This document shows, in pieces, positions 12,801 through 25,483 of a DNA stretch of 64,000 nucleotides. Made by a program: the position numbers and the translations under genes. Below the pieces are notes generated by a model, which saw only the letters and a program-made list of their open reading frames with translations, did no database searches and was not told where the DNA came from. Origin of the DNA: Lytechinus pictus (lineage: Eukaryota); contig NC_087251.1 in the NCBI RefSeq assembly GCF_037042905.1, positions 39,186,001 through 39,250,000 of the forward strand, read 5' to 3'. Within the stretch, counting starts at the first letter, position 1. Every line of letters begins with the position of its first letter.

Positions 12801-14797
12801 CTACTTGATACAACTCATATTTTAGCGGTAAAGATAATAACCAATCCATATAATGGGGACACCATTATAAGGGGTATGAAATTTCCTACAACTTTACTAC
12901 ACAATATTTTGTGGATAAACTAATCGTTAGAGAGTTACACGCAATTGTAATCATGACTATTGAAAGGAGTGAATACGACTCGCGATCCCAAAATCAATGT
13001 GGCACAGGGGGGTTTTGTGGCTGGCACAGGGGATTAGCATCGGATTAGCACTGTGGCGTTGGGTTAGTAGTGTGTATGGCATGTTAAGAGTTAAAGGCCT
13101 TCTTGAACATCAACTTTTCAAGGAGTGGTACAAAGGAGTTGCGTGTTGAGGCTAGATCAGATCTACAGCAGAAGTTGAACAATGTTTATAGACTAAATAA
13201 TTAATCTGTTCACAAAATGAACAATGTTTAAAATGTTCACAATTATATGTCCAGTTTTAAATTTCTATTGCTCAATATTCTAAATCTTATTTTCTAGAAA
13301 TATAAGAGCTTTAGGAATCAACACCCCCCCCCATGGTGCACAATATATTCTAGTAAATATATGAATATTGAGGAAAATTGCAAACATTGTGAAAATTTCC
13401 ATTTACATTCAGCATTGATTACAGTCATGACACTAAGTAAAATTCATATATGTAAAATAACATATTGACCTATATCTTGATCACGAATACAAACATATAA
13501 AACTAATTCAAACAGAGATAGTGTTTCTCGATTATAACGTCTTCATCCCCAGACGACTTGACAAGGGACAGTACAATTTACACAGCATGTAGCCTATAAA
13601 AACAGGATGGTCAGGAACAGAGTACCAATTATGGCAATTTACAGGATTCCCTTGTACATATAGTACCCTGATGTGGACAGATGACAGGCTGCGGAATACT
13701 GATATTCTAATGTCTTTACTTCTGCTAGGAGGTAAAGTATCTCATCTATCTTGGACTAGCTATGTTCATATTGTTCCATTCTTTTGGTTTAGTTATGTTC
13801 ACATAATACCATCTTTGGCAGTTAAAATTTTATATTTTATTCATCAGGGATCACATTATTTACATAACAACAAAAATCTTGGAACAGCCTTGCTTCCTGT
13901 CGCAGAGCTTCGCTCTTGAACAATCCAATTTGTTATCATTGGCAGTTTTTACTTTGAGCTGATGAGACCTTGAACTTGTAACAAAGTGGGTTTCCTGGAA
14001 GAAGTGTTCAATCGCCATTCAGGATGACATTATCTAGTAGATTGTCAATAAGAACAAGGCTTGGCCAAGGATAGATAGGTTCACATGCATCAAACAAAAA
14101 AATAAAAATAAAAAATATTCAGAGTCAACCAAAAGCTAAAGAGAGTAACCTCAAAATGAACTGTTAATTTCAGAATTTGTCATGTTTGTAACTTTCAGTT
14201 CTGCTCAAAAAGTTTGTAACGATGAATGTGTTCACACGGTCACCTCATGAATGGTAAAGATAGTCATTACTGAACTGGGAATAAACTTTCAATTCACCAT
14301 CTTCCGTGTTAACACATCTATCACACCAAGGCTACTGGGTATCCGGTTGAAAAAAAAAAATCTGGAGGCAGGAGGAAATGACCGGGTCAAACATACAGGT
14401 GGATCTCCAATTCTTTCACAACACTGAAATAGGAATGCTGTCAATTGTTTGTATTGACACTAAAGAACTACAGGTATTTTTTTTATTACCGGTATGTAAT
14501 TCCCAAAGCATTTGAAAATAAATTCCAAGTTTTATGGTAACAATAACAAATGAGTTTAAACCGAATCCAACAAAATTACCACCTAAGTGTTTGCATGGAT
14601 CTATGAAAATTATGTGCCACACAATTCTGGTTGAAAGTAAGTAATTTCTCAGCAATGAGCAAAATTGGCATGTATTCCTGCATGTAGACAGGTCTTTTGC
14701 AAGTAAAACTTTAACGCATGTCCCTATCTCTGCTTAACTGTGTTTGCAATCTTCAGTCTATTATCTGGGTTGTAAGCGTTCTCGTTTTCAGCCCCTG

Positions 14798-14942
14798 GGG
14801 CCCGTTGCAGAAAGAGTTGCGTTTAAACGCAAGTCAAAAAATAAATCGCAAGTCCAAAATGCGCGCTGTTGATTGGTTGATAATGAAGTTGCGCATGATT
14901 TTTAAAGATGCGTTTGATTGCAACTCTTTCTGCAACGGGCCC
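14798..14942. mobile_element. Harbinger/Tourist-like MITE
   Basis: Perfect ~23-bp TIR GGGCCCGTTGCAGAAAGAGTTGC; CTG TSD. Confidence 0.85.
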
Positions 14943-14945
14943 CTG

Positions 14946-15193
14946 GGCCTCATCGTACAAAGAGTTACGATTGATCTGATAGATCGCAACTATTGACGGC
15001 CAGCAACGTCAACATCTATTATGCATGTTTGTTCAAAATATTTTCTAGCTATGATGTATATTCATGCATTGTTTTCTTGAAAATTCACTGCGCTTCTCTT
15101 TGCAAACAAAATACATTGTGCAAATTGACACTGATGTATTTCCATAGAGTTACAATTGATCGGATTGATTGTAACTCTTTGTTAGACGGGGCC
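14946..15193. mobile_element. Second Harbinger/Tourist-like MITE abutting the first
   Basis: TIR GGCC....ACAAAGAGTTAC.AT; CTG on both flanks. Confidence 0.75.
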
Positions 15194-16319
15194 CTGGTTT
15201 TCATATTTCACAACATTTGGAATAAAAGTTCCAAAATTAACGAGATGAAGATCTATAATAACATAAGATTTAACCTCGATTTTAAAGGACTGTATAGATC
15301 TCTGCAATATTACACTAAGATGACCATTAAAAAGGTCTAGTGAAATTAAGATGTTGTTCGTTTAGAACTTCAACACAGTACATTCACAGGTAAATCTGCA
15401 TCAATGGAAGTCTATAGCCTTTCTTATAAAGCTTAAGCTGTAATCGATATAACTCAAATGAGTAGCTGCCTTACATATCTATCTCATAATATCATCATGA
15501 TCATTAATTACCCCACGCCTACATGACATTTCCACTGCCAAACCATGAGGACAATTCCTGGGGAGTGTTTATGAAGCATCTTGTCAGCCTGAGCATTTTT
15601 CACAGCCTAGTTTGAATTGTGCCAATCAGATGCAAGGATTTCAGTAGCTTATAACAGTCGTTTATGAAAATCACTATTTTTTCATGAAATGCTCCCCCCC
15701 CCCCCCCCCCCCCCGGATATCAATCAGCCAATGGAATGGTGCCATAAATATAAATGCTCCCTGCATGACTATGTTTACAAACATATCCCTTTCTTCATCT
15801 ACTTTACCTTCAAATCAGAAGTGTCCCATCAAATTAATGTCCCCACCCCCACTTTAATCTCATACTCTCATGTCACAATACCAAACTTCAGGGAAGCATT
15901 TCATTGAACCAATAGTCAATGATTTTCACTGACTGTTTGCTAAAAGCTTCTGAAATCCTTGCCAATAATTGGCTCAGAGCAAAGTTGTAAGTGAAAATTA
16001 CTGACAATTTTTTTTCATGAGATGCTCCCCTCGTCATAATGCAATGTATAATTATGTTAATGGCAGGGTACCTGGAGAACTCTCGTTCTTTTAGAAAATG
16101 AATAAATCAAAACTTTTAAAGTTACAGGTAAATGTATTAGACCAAATCTTATCCTATTAGAAGAAAATGATTTAAGTTTGAAAAAAATACCAAAATTAAA
16201 TTCTTAAGCCAATATCCAGGGGAACTGGCTTTCTCTTTTTATCCCCCACAATATCATCGGGGGGGGGGGGGGGGGGTGGGGGCATCATGATGCATACCCC
16301 ATCCTTACATATGCCTATC

Positions 16320-16830
16320 CTCATCAATCAGTGCAAGCACACTGTCCATGGATACAAATACAGACGTGACCACTCTTACATTACCACTCCTCCTGTATCC
16401 TCCCCTTCATCTCCTCACCTTCTTCCCTATCTTTATGTACCTCTCCCTATTTATCCCTCCCTCTTCTATCATCCCTGCCCCACCCTCACAGAAACTAACA
16501 TCATCAATCAGTGCAAGTGTGCTGTCAATGGATAAAAAATACAGTCTTACAGACATGACTGCTCTCACATTTCCACCCCCAACTCCTTCATGTCCATCTC
16601 CCTATGTATCCCCCCTTCCATCATCCCTACCCCACCCTCACAACCACAGCAATGTACATCAATCAGTGCAAGCACTGTCCATAGATACAAATACAGACAT
16701 GACTGCTCATACATTTCCACCCCCCCCCTCTTTATCTCCCTATGAAGCCCCCTCCCCATCTCCCCCCTTCCTTCATCCCTACCCCACCCTTGAACCAACA
16801 CACATCATCAATCAGTGCAAAGCATACTGT
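16320..16830. repeat. Degenerate minisatellite, 3-4 units of ~150-180 bp
   Basis: CATCAATCAGTGCAA at ~16322, 16502, 16657 and 16806, each with ATACAGACATGAC-like motif and C-rich tract. Confidence 0.8.
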
Positions 16831-17298
16831 CCCCCATATAGCTGGTGTATGTTTGCCATGTGGCTCCCCATTGTCTACTAGTATCCTTTGACAGTGTAAA
16901 AAGCCTAGGAAATGAAGATGACCCTCGCCTAGATAGCTCCCCTGATGTCATTAACACAAATGTCATGGAAGTGATTTGAAAACAATGTGTATTGCCATAG
17001 AAACTACTCACCCGTTTCCTTTGTCTGGTAAATTCAGTGGTTTTTTTTTATCTATTGATCAAGATCATCATTTCATTCATACACCATTTATTCATTCATT
17101 TTTTTTTTTTGGGGGGGGGGATGTTACCATACTTTTTATATCAAGTATCTCAATCCATATAAGGCCTACAGTATATATACAGCAAGATATAGATAGCTAT
17201 GAAATTCACTTCCATTCCTATATTAAAGTTATTGTCATCACTTTTGCATCATTATTCCATACATCTTCCTCTTCTCACAAATATGCAGACAAGTAGTA

Positions 17299-18816
17299 CA
17301 GTCCGACCTCTCTTATCCGGACACATTGGGACCAGCACCAATCCGGATAAGGGATTTATCCGGATCTGGGAGACCCAATATTAAATACAGTCCGACCTCT
17401 CTTATCCGGACACGTTGGGACCAGCACCAATCCGGATAAGGGATTTATCCGGATCTGGGAGACCCAATATTAAATACACACAGCTGCCTCCCTTACGGTT
17501 GCTACACGTAATCTACTGTAGTGGGCGTACACAGATAGTATTCACTGCAGTGTCAGTGCAAATTATAGGCGGTATTTTTACGGAAATGAAGTCGATCGAT
17601 GGCCAAAACTGTTGGATAATTTACCTGCTAAAATGATTGAGGTATACATCGAGCATACCTCAAAAGAAAGAGAATGACTCGATGAAACTAAGTTTTACAA
17701 TCAGATCATAACGGCAGGTATCGTAGCTTCGCAATGTCAGCCATTGTTATACTGACTGTAGGCTCAAACATGATAGATGGCGCTGTCCATATTGAGGCCA
17801 AGCATTAGCGTTTTTCCTGGGAAACAAAAAAGGGAACGTGATGAAATGTTTGCGCTGCGCCCTAATTTACTGGAAAATTATCCTGCCTAAGTTCTTTTGG
17901 TGAATTTCGATGAGATATTTTCATGAAAAATCATGTTGTTGTAGGTAGACTATATTGGAAAATATATGTAATCAAAGTGAGTTTGCGTATGGGATTGAGT
18001 TTAAATTGAAATCTCATTTCCTCACGTACTACATTGAATTGAAAAAAAAAAATCTCGGCAAGTGTGCGTCCGGATAATAGAGAGATCCGGATAAGGGGAG
18101 GCCGGATAAGAGAGGTCGGACTGTACACGCAAGCTGCGGCCTCGATCCCCGCAACGCGGCGGTAGCTACACGTTATCTATTGTTGTGGGCCGGGCGTACG
18201 GTACAGACATGTATTCACTGCAGTGTCAGTGCAAATTATAGGCGGTAATTTTTACGGAAATGAAATCGAACGATGGCCAAAACTGTTGGATAATTTACCT
18301 GCTAAAATGATTGAGGTATAAATCGAGCATACCTCGAAAGAGAGAGAATGAATGACTCGATGAAAGTAAGTTTTACAATTAGATCATCGCGGCCGCTATC
18401 GCAGCTTCGCAATGTCAGCCATTGTTATACTGACTGTAGGCTCAAACATGATAGATGGCGCTGTCCGTATTGAGGCCGAGCATTAGCTAGCGAACATGTG
18501 TTGTTTTTCCCGGGGAAACAACAAGAGAACGTGATGAAATGTTTACACTGCACCCCGATTTACTGGAAAATTATCCTGCCTAAATTCTTTTGGTGATTTG
18601 GGTGAGATATTTTCATGAAAAATAATGTTGTTTTAGGTAGACTACACTGGAAAATATATTTAATCAAAGTGAGTTTGCGTATAGGATTGAGTTTAGATTG
18701 CAATCTCATTTCCTCACGTACTAATAAAATTGAATTGAAAAAAAATCTCGGCAAGTGTGCGTCCGGATAATAGAGAGATCCGGATAAGGGGAGGCCGGAT
18801 AAGAGAGGTCGGACTG
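17299..18816. mobile_element. Tc1/pogo-type MITE (~780 bp) containing a second copy of itself (17388-18123)
   Basis: TIR CAGTCCGACCTCTCTTATCCGG occurs twice on the left and twice on the right; TA TSDs on both outer and inner copies. Confidence 0.9.
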
Positions 18817-19605
18817 TACTGTAACCATCATAACCACCGTGGAAATCATAATTTCTATTGCAAGTACTCAAAAACCTAGAATAAGTTTTGTTTAATTACT
18901 CGTTAAAATCCTTTAACTTAAATTACGAATTCACCTCTTGTAAAACTGGTATTGCTTTTTTTTATAAATGATGTAATACTTATACTACTTCCATTCTTTT
19001 AAATGAATAACTTTAGTTTGACATTATTTTGTGTCACAAGTTGTTTTGTACTTCATATTTTGTATCATTCTGCCATTTGGCTGCCATGTGCATTATACAA
19101 AGAAAACCTTTTCAATTCAATAATCATATGCACATCATGCATTGCTAATAATGACTAACTTACCTTGTGAATATCAAACAAACAAGGGGGGATAATTACA
19201 TTTCCCCCTTTTTCAGAAATCAGTCAGATGAGTCAACTGACCCCCTCTTCATCAGATTTATGTCAAAGATTACAAGTCTTTATTCACAGAGCCAATGTGT
19301 TTTCTTTTTTGCTGATTGAAAGAACAGGGCACTCACAAAACAAAACAAAATGTAGGCGCGTACATACTGACACAAATTTGATATCCTTTCATGAACTGGT
19401 ACTGAAAAAATGGGCAGCGGGTATTGGTCCTGTGTAAATACAATACACTGGTAAAGATAAGAATAAAAGTATATTGCATTTGAGAATATACATGAACATG
19501 TAAGTATATCAACAGACCTTTCAGTACTACTATCTGGGTTTCAAGTAGCCACTTTGTACATTTAGGCCTACATATCTACAAACTTTGCAAGAAATTGTCT
19601 CTCTT

Positions 19606-19763
19606 GGGTCCTGTTGCATAAAAGTTACTATTATAGTAACTTTGCCATTCAATGGTAACTACCATGGTAACAGTGCTAATCAGCCAATCAGAATGAAGGA
19701 TTTCAGGAAAATTACCATTGGATGACAAATTTATTATGATAGCACTATTATGCAACAGGGCCC
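19606..19763. mobile_element. Short MITE
   Basis: TIRs GGGTCCTGTTGCATAA / TTATGCAACAGGGCCC. Confidence 0.7.
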
Positions 19764-21369
19764 TGGGGTTACATGCACACATAAATTATGACAAGCAACC
19801 TTTCAGTGCAAGTTATTTGGGGAGACCCTGCACAAATTCTTGATCAAGGTCATGTTCAAAGGGGAAACCCCAAATAACTTCACTCTCAACATGCTACACA
19901 ATCCAGGATCATGTTGAAATCCCAGCGGCCCGGGACGGTTCCAGGATCAATACACCGTAACCGCATCCCCGCAAGAAAAATCTATCTATATCTTCGTCTT
20001 ATACATTTACTATATTTTCAGTCAAACATTATCTTTTGCTTTTTCAAAATGAGAGGAGGGGTACAACATAGGTACTATATTGCGCTTTGCATGAATCGCA
20101 TCATTCCTAGAGTACAAAAACCCTCATTTAAATGTTGAAATCAAGTCATTCGCGGGTTGACTCTACCTCTTCCTCAATCCTATATGCATGAGTAATGAAC
20201 AAAATGTAAAAATACACATGCACTTGATCTTATTGCCGAATCATTTCATATTCAGAAGCACTATAGCATTCTTGGTGGAGGTATTGGGTCTGGAGTTGTG
20301 AATGGTCCACTGACTTCACTCCAGGGTCTAGGACGAGCCGAGATCTCAGAAAGAAAACTTAAATTTTGCCAGGAAGGTTTCAGGATGAGACTTTTTTTAG
20401 ACAACGCTACTTAACTCTCCCCTCCCCCCATATCATTCCATTACTACAACTAAACAATTTTTACACAAAACAAAAATTCAATATACATTTGTAACAATGG
20501 TAAACTGGTTCGTCTGAAGGGGAAGGGATATAGGGTTTCAAGTGAAATATCAGTTCATACAGTTGTATACATGTAACTTTGCAAGGTAAAAAATATTATT
20601 TGGATGGAAGGGGATGTGACTTTGGTTAAAACAGGGCTCGACACTAGCGCCGGTCCGACGGTCCCAGACCGGTAAAAATCACTGTCGGGCCGGTAGATTT
20701 TCAGAAATAGCAAGATTTACTGGTCCGACAAGACCAGTAAGAAAATATCCTTGTCGGGCCGGTAATTTTTCCAAAAATAGCAAGATTTATGGGTCCGACA
20801 TAAACAGTAATAAAAACCATTGTTGGGCCAGTAACTTTTCCAGAAATGGTCAAATTCACTAGTCCAACATAAACATAAAAAATATTCCATGACTCAAATT
20901 GCAAACCATTTTCCTCCCGTTAAATTTGGTCATTCACACACAGAATACACACAGAATGAATCGCATGCAATTTTTACTAGGGTAACATACAGTGTACATA
21001 TGGCTAGCCAGCCACACAGCCCACATGGTGAATTTTCTACTGGCTGCACGAACGAAGCTTGGCGAAGCCTGGCAAACCTCTGGCAGAAATCTCTCACAGA
21101 ACGGTCAAAATTCACATTTCACACTAATGAAAAGCTCTTATAATGTCCATATTTCCAAAAAATTGGGGTAACTGTCATTTGTAAGCAGTAAAAGGAGAAA
21201 TTTTCACTTCTGTTTTAGTTCAAAGAGATCGGGTTTCGAGTGATATCGTCTGAATACATGATAGCCCCACATATGCATTTGTGTGTGTGTTGATACACTT
21301 GGTTTCTTTCGTAGCTATATCTTAATTGAGCCAAAAAGAAACTGATAATTTATTTATGATAGTTTTAGC

Positions 21370-22565
21370 TTTCTTCCTCTGTTTTCTTTCTATCTTTCTT
21401 TCCTTCTTTCTTTTCAATCTTTCTTTGTTTCTTCCCTCTCTTCTTTAATTTTTTTTGTTACTGTCTTTCTTTTTTAATTATTCTTTGTCTTTCGTTCTTT
21501 CATTCTTTCTGTCCTTTTAACATTTTTCTCTATTTCTTTTTCTCTTTCTTTTTTGATTTCTTTCTTTCTTTTATTCTTGAGTCCATCCATCCTATATTTA
21601 TCTCTTCTTTCTTTCTTCCTTTCCTTCTTTTTACCCTTTCTTTCCTTCATTCTTTGTTTCTTTCTTCATTCCATCCATCCTTTCTTTACCATTTCTTGTT
21701 TTTTATTTCTTCCTTCTTTCAGCCCTTTCTCTCTTTCTTTCATTCATTCCTTCCTTTCTGTTCTTTCTTTTTTCCCTTCATTCCATCTATCCTTTTACCT
21801 TTTTTTTTTTTTTTTTTACTGCTTGCTTCCTTTCCTTTCTTCTTTCGTTCTTTTTTTCCCTCATTCCTTCCTTTCTTTGTCTTTCGGTCTTTCTTTTTTT
21901 TCTTACTTTCATCTATTTTACATTTTCTTTCTTTTTTCTATTGCTTGCTTGCTTGCTTCCTTCTTTCCTTCTATAGATCTATCATTTTACCTTTCTTTAT
22001 TTCTTCCTTCTTTCAATACTTTCTTTCTTTTTTCCTTCTTTCCATCTCTCCTTTTACCCTTTCTTTCTTTTTTTATTGCTTCTTTCCTTCTTTCTGTCTT
22101 TTGTTCTTTCTTTCTATATTGCTTGCTTCATTTCTTTCCTTCTTTCTTTCTTTCCTTCATTCCTTTATTTCTTCTTTTTCTTTTGTTCTTTCTTTCTTAT
22201 TTTTGTTCTTTCTTTCCTTCCTTCCTTTCCCTCTTCAGTTCTTTCTTTTTTTCCTTCCTTCACATTTATCCTTTCTTTACCCTTTTTCTTCCTTTCTTTC
22301 TTTCTTTCTTTCTATCTTTTTTCCTTCTTTCCATCTTTCCTTATACCCTTTCTTTCTTATTTTATTGCTTCTTTCCTTTTTTCATTACTTTCTGTCTTTT
22401 GTTTTTTCTTTCTTTCCTTTTTTTCTTTCTTTCTTTCTTTTTTCCTTCCTTCACATCTATCCTTTCTTTACCTTTTATTTGTTCTTCCTTCCTTTCTTTT
22501 ATTATTTCTTCCTTTGTTTCTTTTTGTCTTGCTTTCTTTTTGTCTTTCATTCCTTCATTTTTTTT
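21370..22565. repeat. ~1.2-kb degenerate (CTTT/CCTT)n polypyrimidine tract
   Basis: Almost only C and T on the + strand. Confidence 0.95.
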
Positions 22566-22672
22566 TGGGGGGGGGTAACAAGAAAGGACAGCAAAATAAA
22601 CTCACGCCTTTTTTAAATGTTTTCTTTATTTTGGGGACCAGTAGATTTTAGGTTCGGACCAGTAAAAAATGG

Positions 22673-23570
22673 AACAAGTGGAATGCCTCTGGCCGTCTCA
22701 CCTGCATCACGCGATTCAATATAGCAGCAGTGCTGATTTTGAAAACTACTATAACTCGCACAAGATTTTCAGTGATACTTGGTTACTCTTATTTCCACGT
22801 TTTATGAAATAGACCAATACACTTATAGAGATATGATGGCAATTCAACAAATACCCCCAACGTGGCCAAAGTTCTTTGACCTTACATGACCTTTGACCTT
22901 GATCATGTGACCTGAAACTCGCACAGGATGTTCAGTGATACTTGATTACTATTATGTCCAAGTTTTATGAACTAGACCAACACACTTTCAAATTTATGGC
23001 TGTAATTCAACAAATACCCCAATTTGACCAAAGTTCATTGACCCTAAATGACCTTTGACCTTGATCATGTGACCTGAAACTTGCACAGGATGTTCAGTAA
23101 TACTTGATTACTATTATGTCCAAGTTTCATGAATCAGATCCATAAACTTTCAAAGTTATGATGGTAATTCAACAAATACCCCAATTCGGCCAAAGTTCAT
23201 TGACCCTAAATGACCTTTGACCTTGGTCATGTGACGTGAAACTCATGCAGGATGTTCAGTGATACTTGATTAACCTTATGTATAAGTTTCATGAACTAGG
23301 TCCATATATTTTCTAAGTTATGATGACATTTCAAAAACTTAACCTTAGGTTAAGATTTTGATGTTGATTCCCCCAACATGGTCTAAGTTCATTGACCCTA
23401 AATGACCTTTGACCTTGGTCATGTGACATGAAACTCAGGCAGGATGTTCAGTAATACTTGATTAACCTTATGGCCAAGTTTCATGAACTAGGTCCATATA
23501 CTTTCTAAGTTATGCTGTCATTTCAAAAACTTAACCTCAGGTTAAGATTTGGTGTTGACGCCGCCGCCGC

Positions 23571-23601
<31 letters not shown>

Positions 23602-23683
23602 GCCGCCGTCGCCGTCGCCGTCGCCGCCGCCGTCGGAAAAGCGGCGCCTATAGTCTCACTCTGCTATGCAGGTGAGACAAAAA
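22673..23683 (+). mobile_element. Helentron-associated (HINE / DINE-1 / Tsp / Pearl-type) element, copy 1
   Basis: Starts AACAAG, ends in A run; subterminal inverted repeat GTCTCACCTGCAT / ATGCAGGTGAGAC; 3' hairpin; ~160-bp internal tandem repeats; (GCC)n microsatellite. Confidence 0.8.
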
Positions 23684-25483
23684 CTGGGTATCTACTGGTC
23701 CGACATGAATAGGTTGGACCAGTAGAAAAAAAGGGTTAGTGTGGAGCCCTGGTTAAAATATCTGTTCGTATATTTGTAGAACTACATGTATGTATGGTAA
23801 ACTTGTTCGTCTGAAGAGAGGGAGATGGGGAGATTTGGGTGAAATATCAAGGGACTACTCAGTGCCATTAGATGGTAGAATTAAAACAGATTACACATAC
23901 ATGGACAGCATCTGTCGACAAGTGAGCTCATTGTCAGTTCTTCTGATTACACTCACAGTCAACAAGGTAGAGGGATAAAGAGGCGATGATAATCATATGG
24001 CAATTGGCATACCAAAGGCACCATCATTCAGACATTGAAACAGCGGTATGTGCAAACCTGCATAGACTCACTTTCTGAAATCAAGATATATTCAATATGA
24101 AATACAGGGGTCTATTTATGAATATCCTTAATTTTTTCCTAATTAATACGATTACGCATGAACATGTATGGTGTATTTATCAAATGATATATAAAAATAG
24201 GCCAGGGCCCTTCTTACAAAACACTGCAAATAGATGACCCTCTCCCATGGGCTCCTGGGGGGGGGGGGACACGTCCCCAAATCTTATCCCATCCTCCATC
24301 TCACCCCCCCCCCTGATCGGCTCCAATGATAAAAAGACATTCAATAATTATAGTAGAGCAATTACATGTAAATATAGCATTGTAGGCTCCCTGTACCAAG
24401 TAACCACAAGTTTTCTAGTTTGATCATGTATGTATTCTCCAGAGACACAAAGACAATACTTTTCAAATTAAATCCCTATCAGCAGATGCTAAGATTTGAC
24501 ATTAAAAAAAATCATTCCTTGGAGTTTGGAAAAAAAATATCTAGTTATTAAATTGATATTGATTGGAAATTATTATCAAAACAATTATTCTTGTTTTACT
24601 TTTATTTTACAAATTACACTTTAAATTCAAAACAATTAAACATTTGGGAGTGGATTGCCCTTTAAATCAAGACTGATTTTCTTTATTGGAAAATGAAACG
24701 ATCCCCTGCGAGATAGTCGAGATGCCTTTCTTTGTCCGCAATGACATGTCCCTGTGTAGAGGACAGAAATAGCACTGAACCTCTCTCTCTTTGGATCCAT
24801 GGTACGATCAAGAAAGGCTGCGCATGAAGGATGCAGTTTAATCTATGACCTTCTTTCTTTCTTTTCTTTTTAATTTTTCCAATGCTTATAGTCCTATCAA
24901 CATTCAAAATTAAACTACATTGTACGTAAAATTTAAGATTTATAAAATGTAAATAACCTTTTTTTTAAATTATTTTTCGTTATTTTCAACTGGGGAAAAT
25001 ATAATCTGTATAAGACCAATTAAAATAGAAATTAACTTACAAATTACTTTGGATAAATAGGGCCTACAAGTAAAACCTTGGGGTTGGAGGGGGTAACAAT
25101 AAATACCAAAAAAAAATCAACTCTGCAACCTATTTCAAATAACTGCACTGCACTATATAGAGTAAGCCTACATTGCCGGAAAGCCCTACCACAGTTCGTT
25201 TAGACATAATCCTGCATGACACATTTGTGTCGTTGTCCGACATTCTTAAGCCTGACTGTCCTGACTTACATAATAACAGGATACCGAGATTAAAAAGGGG
25301 GTCAGATGTTTCATGAGAGGTTTAATTTCTTTTTAATGACAACACAATTACACGTAATGTCTAAGGATACATATTGAGGATATCCTTTGTGAAGACACAT
25401 ATATCTAAGAACATATTTTCACCAAATAATTGTGAGTAATAATTTTTTATTCAAGAATGATTATTTTTATGCTGTATTCTAAG

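Larger units (their letters stand above)
20632..23751. mobile_element. hAT-like non-autonomous element (3.1 kb) with 7-bp TSD, carrying a pyrimidine tract and a nested HINE
   Basis: TIR CAGGGCTC(G/C)ACACTA; GTTAAAA on both flanks; subterminal GGTCCGAC / GGACCAGTA repeats. Confidence 0.8.

Noticed and set aside
16348..16881. 177-aa Pro/Ser-rich ORF
   Set aside because: Follows a C-rich minisatellite; no domain or splice support
21553..22651. Long F/L/S-rich ORFs (341, 320 and 191 aa)
   Set aside because: Artefacts of the C/T tract, which lacks stop codons in all three frames
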